Shown here piece after piece: positions 11,067-20,417 of a stretch of 64,000 nt of DNA. Where the stretch lies: positions 1 to 64,000 of the forward strand of contig CAWHEP010000001.1 in assembly GCA_963828525.1 (NCBI GenBank), written 5' to 3'. The notes beneath the pieces are model-generated. The model had not been told where the DNA came from. It made no database searches and saw only the letters and a list, made by a program, of their open reading frames with translations. The DNA comes from an uncultured Verrucomicrobiae bacterium (GTDB lineage Bacteria > Verrucomicrobiota > Verrucomicrobiia > Chthoniobacterales > Chthoniobacteraceae). Position 1 is the stretch's first letter. Every line of letters begins with the position of its first letter. The position numbers and the translations under genes were made by a program.

Positions 11067-12032
11067 CGACGAAAGCGAACTGCCGACTGTCGCGTCGCCT
11101 CCGAAGTCGGCGTCTCACCCGAACCCGAATCGCGGCGCTACTGGCGCGCCGCTATCTCGCACCTCTCCGACCCCCAGAAACGCGACGCGGCGTGGGAGTT
11201 TTATCTTCGGCGTCTTGAGGGCCGCAAAAGCGGAGACACGCTCAGCGCTCTCGTATTGCTCCTGGAAGCCAACGGGGCATTCTTAACAACCCTGCCGAAA
11301 AAGATTCAGGCAGAATTGATGGACCCGCTCACCGAGCGGCTGGCGACGTTGAAGAGTGACCTCGCCAATCAGGAAGAGAATCAGCGTGAGATGGTGGCTG
11401 TTCTTGAGAAGGCGGCTAAGATCAACGCCAGTACCAATGCTCGATCAATCAGCGTTCTGGGAACAGCGGAAGGCGCTTTGCGCAAAGCTGCCTCCTGCTT
11501 CGATGCCGGTTCAGTCGTCCGCGAAGTGAAGAGCCAGATCGATGAGGAGGCGTTGCAGCCCTTCAAACGCGTGCTCAAGGATCTTGCCGCGAGTGCCGGG
11601 AGTATCCGGGAAGCGACGACCACGGCGGAGGACGCTGTAGAAAAGTGGCGGCGCGTGAATCTTGGCGGTATCACCGCAACCCTCCTTGGCTTCATGGTCA
11701 TCGGGAGCATCGTCATCGTTGCGTGGTTCAAGCACGGCATTCAGCAGGATTATGAGCAGCGCTTCACCGCCGCACTGATGCAGCTCGACACCAGCCGCAA
11801 AGCGCTTTCCAAACTCGCCGAGATCGGCGTCGGCGTGCGTGTTCTTCCGTCCGCAGACAGCGACGGGAAGACGATCCAGAGCGGTTATGCGGTAGTAATC
11901 GACGGCGCGGAATCGGCCGACATTCGTGACGTGGACGGCCATAGGCTGGGAGTGGTCTTCGGCAAGGCCGCGGAAATTCTTCCGCCATCCAGGAAAACAG
12001 GCTCACTGTCCGACAAACCGCTGACCCGTTGA
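11059..12032 (+). CDS. Coiled-coil membrane protein (TraM/MobE-like position), frameshift near 11110
   Basis: ATG at 11059 overlaps the upstream stop. The frame of ORF 11256-12032 is open upstream (PEPESRRYWRAAISHLSDPQKRDAAWEFY). One TM helix, LGGITATLLGFMVIGSIVIVAWF. Confidence 0.65.
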
Positions 12033-12040
12033 GTTTGGAC

Positions 12041-12063
12041 GGGGAAGGGTTGAACCCTTCCCC
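12041..12063. terminator. Perfect inverted repeat after the mobilisation operon
   Basis: GGGGAAGGGTT-G-AACCCTTCCCC, 8 nt after the stop at 12032. No U-tract. Confidence 0.45.
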
Positions 12064-12134
12064 AGTTCGAGCCCGCCCGCTGGCCCTCCGGTCTCTCACC
12101 CCCCATCCCAGCAGAAACCCAGGTTTCCGCAACG

Positions 12135-12536
12135 CCTTCCTGATGCGGCTTCGCCGCGGGAGACTGTGCCTCCGCCTTTCCATCACAGACTCCCGGAAGT
12201 GTGGAGGCAGGCGATCCATCTGCGCCGCTCCTTGCTACGCTCCGGCCTTCGGCCCCCGCCTGTCGCCCGCGCCTTCGGCCTCCCGCTTCGCTGCGGGGGC
12301 GGCGCAGATGCATCGCTTACGAAGCTCCGCACCATGCCTGCCTCTTCACGCGGGCGCGCCGGCAAGGAAGCCTTCACGCCGCCTGCGGCCTCCGCCCGCC
12401 AGAAGTCAGTTGGCCGTTGCTCAGCCTCCGGGGAAATTGGGGAGGCTTCGCGCCAGCCAATTGGCTGATGCCTCCTCGCTGTCGCTCGCCCCCGCTCAGT
12501 TGGCGCGGAGCCTGGAAGGAGGAGAGAAAGGTGTGC
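12135..12536. repeat. Structured ~400-bp direct repeat, copy 1
   Basis: Shares ordered blocks with 17976-18358: CCTTCCTGAyGCGGCT, GGGAGACTGTGC, CACAGACTCCCGrAAGTGTGG, ATCTGCGCCGCTCC, TGCTCAGCCTC, AAATTGGGGAGGCTTCGC and CGCTCGCCCCCGCTCAGTyGGCGCGGnGCCTGGAAGGAGGAGAGAAAGGTGTGC. Confidence 0.92.
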
Positions 12537-12697
12537 GGCCCACTACAGGTTAACCAAGTCTGGCAACGATTCTCGGCTCGGCCGCTGGATGAGGCACCAA
12601 AGCCGGGTAGCTTCTTCGTCGGCGATCCGCGCGACTTCACTCACAGGCGGACACGGTGTCGCAGCCTTAGTTACGCGGTGAGCCACCCGCTCCGCGC

Positions 12698-15600
12698 TCA
12701 GTCGCCGGACGGAATGTGAGCGGCCACTGTCATGCCACCATCCCCAAAGACCTGCATTGCCACTCCCGCCGCTGCGTCGGCGAGATGTTTGCGAACTTGG
12801 CCGGCTGCCGCGAACGCGGCGTCATCCACGGTCTTGCCGGAAGCGAGTGACTGCAGGAACGCAGGAATCCACGACCGGACGACATCGGAACCCAGTGGCC
12901 ACGGACAAGCAATCACTGCTTGGACCCCGACCGCCAGAATCGCCGAAACGAGCCCTCGCGTCTCGTGCGAGTGCGCTTGAGCTGTGGCCGCGCCACCGTG
13001 GCAAACAGCGATCACGACGCAGGCGCAGCCTTCGAGCCAACTTGCGACCTCTGTCGGGCTGAAACTATTGACCCCGTCGCTCAGCGCATGAAACTCCCGG
13101 CCCTCCGCCTGCACCCCATGCGCGATCACGATCGCCAGACTGGCACCGGCCAGACCCGTAGGGCGCTCGCCCTCAATAATCCGAATCCCATGCGCTTGAA
13201 ACTGCCAGCGAAGCCCTTTGCGCAACTCTCGAAGTGTTTCGTCGGTGGTGTCGGGAGATCCGATCCATACTCGGCGGTCGATGTGACGCGATGGTGCGGC
13301 TGCGCGGGTGGTTATCAGCCATTGAGGAGAAGGTGCGGTTGAAATCACCGCACTCACGCCGAGGAAACTGTCGGTTGCGGCGGGCGTTAGAAACGAGGCG
13401 CTGGCAACGTCGCTTGATGGATGCCAAGAAGCCACCATCGCGAACGGGAAAAGAAACAGGTCGGCGCTCGGGATGACGGTAAGTCGAGACGGCGGCGTCG
13501 GGAAGTAGATCCCCAACCCTTTTACCGTTTCCTGCAATTGCTTCCGGCTCCAACCATTCCCACCGGGAGCGCCGGCAAATCGATAGCCGGATGGAAATCG
13601 CCGTTGCCAGCGGCGAAAGCGAACCTCCGACCACGAGTCCTCCGGCGCGATCCAAAGCGCGACTTGGCCGCCGGAGTTCACCGCGCATACGCAAAGCTGA
13701 CCACCTCCAGAATGAGCGATGAGCAGTACGGTTTCGTCGGGCCGGAGTGATGCGGCGAGCTGTGCCGCGGTGACCATACACGCGGCGACGATCTGCCGCT
13801 CACGTGGCCGGCCTGCGCGGCGGAGAACGGCGTCCATATCCTGGATCGTCTCCCGGTCCATGCCTGCTATCGCTTCCAAGGAGTGTCGGTGGAGATGGGT
13901 GATGTCGGCACTCAGCGGATCTTCTGGACGCCCGCCGTGAGACTCAGCACCGGCTGGGCGAGCACGCCGAGGGCAGCGAGAAAAAGATCGGCATCGTTCG
14001 CACGGGTGGCGGCCTCGAGGGTGTCTTCCGCCAAAATCCGCAGCGCCGAGAGCTGAGTTTTGAGATCGTCTTTCCGCACGGCGGAATCAAAGCGTTCGAC
14101 AATGGCCAGAAACTCGGTGCGCGTTGGCGGCGCCGTAAGCGCGTGCCGGAGCGCCGACGCCGGTGGCGCGTCCTCCGCCTTCAGCGCCTCCGTCAATTCT
14201 TGCACGAGCGCCGCCGGTAGCACCGCGCCGAGGACTTGCAGGTGGCGTCCGATGCTGATGATGCGAGAAAGCATCGGCAGTTTTTCTGCCCGCTCGGGGA
14301 GTTGCCGCCAGAGTCGCAGCAGTGCCGCAAAGTGATGCAACCATGCTGTGCGATCGCCACCTTTCAGATCTTGGGCTTCAAGGTCCAGCATGAGGGCATC
14401 GAGTTGCCACATCAAATCAACTGCCCCGCAGTGCGTCCGCAGTCGCTTCTCATCCTCCAAGACCGGCGGGCCAGTGGCGTCAAGCTCAGATTGCGATAGA
14501 TGCGCGAGCAAGTCTTAACGCGTCGCAGGCGACCTCCGCCTCGCGAACTCCGGACTGCCAGGCAGCCAACATCAGCGTCGCACAACGGAGCGCCGCCATC
14601 GGATTACCCGTCCACAGAAATGCCTCTGCGAAGGCCATCCACGCAAGACCCGTGCGCCAGAGTCGGTGAATCGGCTGCGTCATGGGCAAAACACGAAGGG
14701 TTTCCTCGGCAAAGTCGCGCGCCGTTTGATGATCGCCCTGACGGGCGAGACCGCGCACGAGTTTGATCGCGGTGAAACAATCCTTTGAAGGCTCGCCAAG
14801 CGCTCGGCAAACCAACTCGATTTCCCAAAGCCTGTGCGTGGCGATTTGCCGCGGATTGCCCGTCAGGTCCATTAGCTCATTGATGAAGAAGCGCTCTCAC
14901 CATCTCGGGCGTTGCCCGCGGCAGCATCTCGGCGGGGAGTTCGCCGCGGCCGATCACCAGCAGGTCTTTCAGAGTCGTCTCCGTGAGTTCCTTGGAAAAG
15001 GCAATCACTTCGTCAGGATCTGCCAGTTCACCGTCATTTCTCGCAAAGAGAACCGCTCGGGGAGCCTGACCCGCGGCGACTTGCACCGCGGGAGAAGTCT
15101 TTCGCATGTGGTGAGCAGCAGGGTCAGGACGGCGCGTTCGCCGAGGGTTTCTTCCATCAAATCTTCGAACGCCATTCGAGCAGATCGCTTTTGCGGATCA
15201 GTCGCCATTGCTAGGATCAAAGGCATCAATTCATCAACGTCGGGTCGTTGACCTTCACCTGATGGAGCACCCCACGCCCAAAAATCCACAGCCGGAGGGC
15301 CATCGCGCGATCGTGATGTTCGCTCGTCTCCGGAACCATTGCGGCCAGTAAGATGGCGGAATCAAGGTCTTCGCGGTGCTCCGCGTCGAGCGCGGCGCGC
15401 CAGTGAATGTAGGCGCGATCCTCGTCGTGGCGGGCTAAACGCAGAGTTGCTTCGAGATCAAATGCGGGCTCGCCGAACGCCTCCCAAACCGCGGCATAGA
15501 AATGCAACCCTGCGCGGCGCGCATGGTCAGACGCTTCCGCGTAACGCCACTCGCGGAGGAGTCGGGCGGCCTGTTCCTGGAGAACCAAGGGTTCCTTGGG

Positions 15601-16681
15601 ATAGGCAGCCGCGAATTTCGCGAAGAGCTCTTCCGACAACGAATCCTCATCGAGTTCTCGCGCGAGCTGCCAGGCCGAACGAAGGTCGGCGAATGCTCGC
15701 GGACCCGCTCGACACCCCGACGCAGCCAACTGCGCGCTGCGTCATGGTGAAACGCCGCCAGTGCGATGCGCGCGACCCCGAGGCAAATCGCGGCGGGGGC
15801 GTTCTCATAGCTGTCGAGGTGCGGCTCGACAACTCGCCAAGCTTCATCAAAGCGGTGATGTGAGAACAACAGTTGTGCGTCGGCTTGAGCCCGCAGTTCG
15901 GGTTCATGCATCGCTCGCCGCGCCCCGATCGAGCGCGGTCTAACAAAAGAGTGCCCGCCCGCACACGGTCAAGCAGTCGGGTGACCAGTGCTCCGTAGCG
16001 ATCCTGCATCCGCTCGCCTCCGCGAATGCAGAGATCCCGCGCGCTTTTCAACGCAGGGTCGAAAGCGTTGGTAACGTGGGACGACAGACCCGCATGCGCC
16101 ACGATCAAGAGTTGCCGGCTTTTCGCTACCTCCAGCAATTGCGCGACGACCGCGCCCACTTGAGCTCCATGGCGTTCGTCGAGCGTCGCTACACTGACTT
16201 CCACCCCAGACCAAGTATGAATCATTCCCGCCGTCTGCGCGGTGCCCGCCGCATGGAAAATCTCCAAGTGATGGACGATGACGACGGATCGCTCCGGTGC
16301 TGCGGTCAGGTGTTGGATCAGCGACTCTGCGTCCGCGCTGATGGCATCAAGCCGTATCCCTGCCGAGTCCGCGCCGAGTTGATCCCCAGCGAAGATGATT
16401 TGTCTCCGCACATCTTCCATGAAAGCCGCGGGGGCGACATGGAATAGCTGGACATACGGTCGTGTTTCTCCAGTGCCGACCAAGCTCGACAAAGAACGCT
16501 GCAAGGCGAGGACGTTCGCATCGGACAAACCCTGCGGGATGAGCAGCAGCGCGACCCATCCGGGCCTTTCTGCGCCATTTTCGGCGAGCAACTGCTGCCA
16601 GAAGTGATCCCAAGAGTGTTGAGAGGGCATAAATGGGGAGGACAAAATTACCGATGGATGGTCGCTCGATTCTACTTTCAC
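12698..16681 (-). pseudogene. Large TPR-like/CHAT (caspase HetF-associated) protease, ~1,300 aa, broken into about 8 pieces
   Basis: C-terminal CHAT motifs LTVIPSADLFLFPF, IVIAHG (His), VVIAVCHGG (Cys) and GLVSAILAVGVQAVIACPWPL. The contiguous upstream ORF pieces (15647-16681, 15435-15911, 15226-15729, 15005-15289, 14877-15107, 14486-14872, 13912-14511) are helical and TPR-like. The breaks may be sequencing errors. Confidence 0.8.
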
Positions 16682-16702
16682 CGGCGAGTGCTTTCCATCG
16701 GA

Positions 16703-17772
16703 TCACGGGATGGCGGAAACGAGCGCGGCGAGGCGGATGAAGTGCTCAACCGCCGTCTCGGCCTCCCTCCCAGGCGGCTCCAAATCGCTATGCGCAATCC
16801 GGTGCCGATAGCTTTCGCGATGGGCAAGGACCTGCTGCCAAAGGGTCGCATCGAGCGTTGCTGCCGATGTGCCGGTGGCTTGTTTGAGCAGCTTCTTCGC
16901 GCGGTCTTGGAAACGTTCGGCCACACTTCAACGCTCCGGTGATTTCGGCGTCAGATTTACCGGCTGCTGCAAACCCTGATTGGATACGTCGAGTGACCGC
17001 GGTTTCTAACGCCGCCGAGGCTTCAATGATCGCAGACCGATACGCACCGCGTTCGAGGAAGGCGCGGGCTCGTACGCTGAGGAGTTGAATCGAGTCCGGC
17101 ACCACCCCACTACTCAGCCGGCGCGGAACTCGGCGACAGCCGCCTCGCCGTAGTCATACCATTGTCCCCACATTATCCCGGGCACTTTTTCCACATGTGC
17201 CACTTGCTCGACCACCACACCATCCACCGACCAAACAATCAGCACCCCCGACGTGACCATGCCCGCGAGTTGATGGATCGCTACTTCTTCGACGAAGAAG
17301 TCGCCAAACCGCGTCATGTAGAGGCGCACGAGCGTGTTGAGCGCCTTCTGAAATATCGGCACGCCGGCGGGCAGGCGCTGTCGGGCGGTCAGCTTGCGGC
17401 CGAGCTGGTGCCTGAAGATTCGAGCTGTTTCAGCGTCCATCAGCGTCAGTTCCGTTGCCGCCCGAGCCTCCAAGGCGGGACCACTCAGTCCGGTGCGGCT
17501 CAGTATGAGCTGGCGCGACAATTCGGCTGTTTCTTCCTGCGCCGTGGGGACGTGAATCTGTTCGTCTAGAACCTCAACACGTCCACCAGCTCGATCACTG
17601 TCCGCAGACGCTGGTGGAAAACGGACTGCGCGCCATCAATGCCTGCCGCCAGTTGCGCACGTGAAATGAGCAGGAAGCTCGACTGGTCATCCATCCCCAA
17701 GTGTGCGGCGATACGCTCCTGCAAGACATGGAGAAGCACCGTCTCGTTCCCCGACTCGGATTTCATATTCAT
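16703..17772 (-). pseudogene. ~350-aa protein with a C-terminal HEPN-type domain, three frameshifts
   Basis: Pieces 17566-17772, 17114-17521, 16930-17105 and 16703-16924. The helix YRSAIIEASAALE and the RxxxxH motif in YRHRIAHS near the C-terminus match HEPN architecture. The stop is 21 nt upstream of the CHAT gene. Confidence 0.7.
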
Positions 17773-17975
17773 CTTCGGGCAGATTGAGGTTGAACGGCAG
17801 TTCGGCAATTCGGCGGCACTCGATTCGCATGCGGAAGGTTCACGGATATTCCGGCCGACGTGAAGTGAATGCACGCGGCTGAGTTTGGGCGCGCACCAAT
17901 TTGCAGTCCGACTGGCAAATTGCGATGCGCCATTCGGTCGCTCTCCCGAAGAACAGCGATTTTGATCGAGGTCCA

Positions 17976-18358
17976 CCTTCCTGACGCGGCTGCGCCGGGG
18001 AGACTGTGCTCGCCGGCTTCCACACAGACTCCCGAAAGTGTGGGGCCGTAGCGATCATCTGCGCCGCTCCTCTCTCCGCTTCCGGGCCTACCACTGGCCC
18101 GCGCCCTTCCGCTCCGAGGGGGCCAGCGCAGATCATCGCGGTCGAAGTTCCACACCACGCCTGCCTATCACGCCGCGCGCCAGAAGAATCTGACACGCCT
18201 CGTGCGACAGCCGCCCGCCGAGTGCGTGGCAGCCGCTGCTCAGCCTCTGGGGCAAAATTGGGGAGGCTTCGCATCGGCGGCGTGGTTGAGGACCTCCTCG
18301 CTGGCGCTCGCCCCCGCTCAGTCGGCGCGGCGCCTGGAAGGAGGAGAGAAAGGTGTGC
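17976..18358. repeat. Structured ~380-bp direct repeat, copy 2
   Basis: Colinear, diverged copy of 12135-12536 in the same orientation, with the same stems preserved. Confidence 0.92.
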
Positions 18359-18560
18359 TGCCCGCCCAATTTGCTGACCGTGTTCGCCGATGCCCGTGCG
18401 TAGTCGCTCGGAAGAAGCGCCTCGATCCTCGTAAGGATCAAGAAAATGGAGGTCGTCGGAATCTCGGCCGGCGACAGGAATATCATCGCGTGCCGCGCAT
18501 TTGCTCGCCTTGCGCCAGAGCCAGCGCACGTTCGCATCCAGAGTGGTTCAGGATGAGGCA

Positions 18561-18779
18561 ATGGAACAACCAGCTCCACGCAATCGCAGCGCTCAGCCAG
18601 TCAGCCAAGTCCTCCTCACACCGGAAGAGGCCGCGGCGCATCTCAAGTTGGCCCCGAAGACGATTCGCGCCCTTTGCACTTCCCGCCGCATTAGCGCGAT
18701 TCGTATTTGCCGACGCTGGCGAATCCCTGCGGAGGAACTGGAGCAGTTTAAGCAGACGCATCTTAGCCGCGCGGTTTAG
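18561..18779 (+). CDS. Excisionase-family helix-turn-helix protein
   Basis: LLTPEEAAAHLKLAPKTIRALCTSRRISAIRICRRWRIPAEELEQF is a typical Xis/HTH_17 pattern. Convergent with the integrase. Confidence 0.88.
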   Translation: MEQPAPRNRSAQPVSQVLLTPEEAAAHLKLAPKTIRALCTSRRISAIRICRRWRIPAEELEQFKQTHLSRAV

Positions 18780-18809
18780 GACTTGCGCTACCAAGTGGCA
18801 ATCCACGGA

Positions 18810-18842
18810 CGGGTGCGCTGCCTCAGTGAGGCAGCGCACCCG
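18810..18842. terminator. Perfect 16-bp-arm palindrome between the convergent xis and int genes
   Basis: CGGGTGCGCTGCCTCA-G-TGAGGCAGCGCACCCG. Confidence 0.55.
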
Positions 18843-18853
18843 GAGCAGATTGA

Positions 18854-20057
18854 CTACGCCGCGAGCAATTTTGGTGAAGCATTCGCGTCCGGCGGGCCGC
18901 CGCCGTCCTCATTGACCGGCTTCGCAGCTTCGCTTTGCAGGGCGGGTTTCGCGGGAAACAGATCGAAATACCGTTGTGCGTCGGCTTCGGTCATCGGCCG
19001 GCGGTAATGCCTGAATATCACCGCGGGAGAGTTCCCCATTTCGAGAGCAAGAGCGTCGGCGGATTTGAGAATGGGCAATCGAAAAGTGCCGTAGGAGTGG
19101 CGTAGCACGTCGGTTTTCCAGTGCTCCATTCCAGCAGCTTTGTAGGCGTCGCGGAATTTCCGACGGGAATAGCCGATCGGACCACTCTCTCCCTTGTGCG
19201 GCTGGAGCCACGCCACAAGATTCGGTTGCATCGGCACCAGACGATGACGGCGTGTTTTCGAATGTCGAGCTTTGACCTCGATTTGCATCGTATCGAAGTG
19301 GATGTTCGACCAATCGAGCGACGCGGCCTCCGATGGACGTAGCCCAGCGAAGGCGCAGATCGCCACATAGGGTCTGAGGTCGGAGGGGCAGCACTCCAGC
19401 AGACGCGCTACGTCCTCCGGTGAGAGGATCGTCACTTCGCCCTCGGGCCGCCGCGTGATCTTGATATCGGCGGCTGGATTGACGCGCAGAGCGCCCCGTC
19501 GACGACCGAACTCCAGCATGACGCTGATGTTGCGCCGGTAGGATTCGCGCGAGACAGAGCCCATTTTCAAACCCCGCAACCACGCCTCCAGTGTCGGAGC
19601 CGTGAGATTGCAGGCGAGCGTATCGGAGAAGGCCGCGACGAAGCGTCCAAGCTTGCTCCGCAGATCCGCGAGATACTTGGAGCTCAAACCGTCTTGACGC
19701 TTCGCGGCCAGGAACTCTTCGAAGAGTTGGCCAATCGGAGCAGACTGCTTCGCCTGCGCAAGGTAGGCCGACGTAGTGATGCACCGCTTCCAACAGGCTG
19801 GCGTCTTCTTTGCCGAGAATGCGGTAGCATTCGGCGGCTTCCACCTTCTGGCGATCGGTGAGCCCCAGCGCCTGCGTCTGGTATTCGCCCATTTGACGGG
19901 CGAGTCGTTCCGCATACGCCTTCGCGACCGACTCCTTTTCAAAGAACTTCTTCTGTGAGCCCTCGGTGGATTGCAGCCGGGTAGGCACCCGCACCATCCA
20001 CGGCGCGCTGGGCGTGTAGTTGACTTTGACGACTTTGAGGATGGAGCGCCTAGGCAC
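18854..20057 (-). CDS. Tyrosine recombinase/integrase, one frameshift near 19770
   Basis: RBS AAGGAGG before GTG 20057. Catalytic motifs AFAGLRPSE, SKT, VLRHSYGT and MGNSPAVIFRHY. Located right after the tRNA-Thr 3' end. Confidence 0.93.
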
Positions 20058-20235
20058 GGGAGACCTCCTTTCGGAGAATCCATGCAAGCAGGTCCCTCGT
20101 TTGGCGCTGCGCAGGCGCGGGCGCAAGGTGCTGCCAAAATCGTTTTGGCAGTAAACGGCAGTGAGCCGATTCCGGTCGGGTGAAATGCTGAGCGCCTCGC
20201 TCAGTAAGCCATTGATCTTGAGGGGCTTGTAAGGG

Positions 20236-20308
20236 AGCCGGCAGACGGGTTCGAACCGACGACCTGCTGATTACAAATCAGCTGCTCTACCAACTGAGCT
20301 ATGCCGGC
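20236..20308 (-). tRNA. tRNA-Thr (anticodon TGT)
   Basis: GCCGGCATAGCTCAGTTGGTAGAGCAGCTGATTTGTAATCAGCAGGTCGTCGGTTCGAACCCGTCTGCCGGCT forms a complete cloverleaf. It is followed by CCC rather than CCA. Confidence 0.97.
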
Positions 20309-20417
20309 GTTTGGAAGAGAGAAGTCTTCGCACGTTTTTGGGGGCGAGGCAAGCCGTCTGCCCGGTTCGGTGAACAGGCAAAGCCGACGGGCGGTTGACG
20401 AGGGCCGCGAGACGAAT

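Larger units (their letters stand above)
1..20235. mobile_element. tRNA-Thr-integrated integrative mobilisable element (left boundary not in the window or not recognisable)
   Basis: Integrase and xis adjacent to the tRNA 3' end, MOB-F relaxase with oriT candidate and accessory operon, no T4SS genes. The core 6198-20235 is secure. Inclusion of the cas genes is inferred from finding no tRNA-end duplicate between the relaxase and cas12b. Confidence 0.75.

Noticed and set aside
12029..12719. ORFs overlapping repeat copy 1 (and 17769-18915 over copy 2)
   Set aside because: Arg/Pro/Ala-rich shadow translations of GC-rich hairpin DNA. Indels between the two copies do not preserve frame.
12698..16681. 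TPR-CHAT as a Craspase-like partner of the Cas12 effector
   Set aside because: It is separated from the cas operon by ~6.6 kb of mobilisation genes and forms its own repeat-bounded operon with the HEPN gene. Nothing in the sequence shows a functional link.
18990..19120. Non-canonical integrase motifs (DVLRH instead of HxLRH; MGNS instead of LGH)
   Set aside because: Such substitutions are tolerated in tyrosine recombinase subfamilies, and the catalytic Arg, Arg and Tyr are present. Not evidence of novelty or inactivity.
721..20057. CRISPR-associated transposon (Cas12k/CAST-like) interpretation
   Set aside because: The RuvC catalytic residues are intact, cas4 is present, there is no tnsB/tnsC/tniQ, and the tyrosine integrase has a conventional tRNA target.
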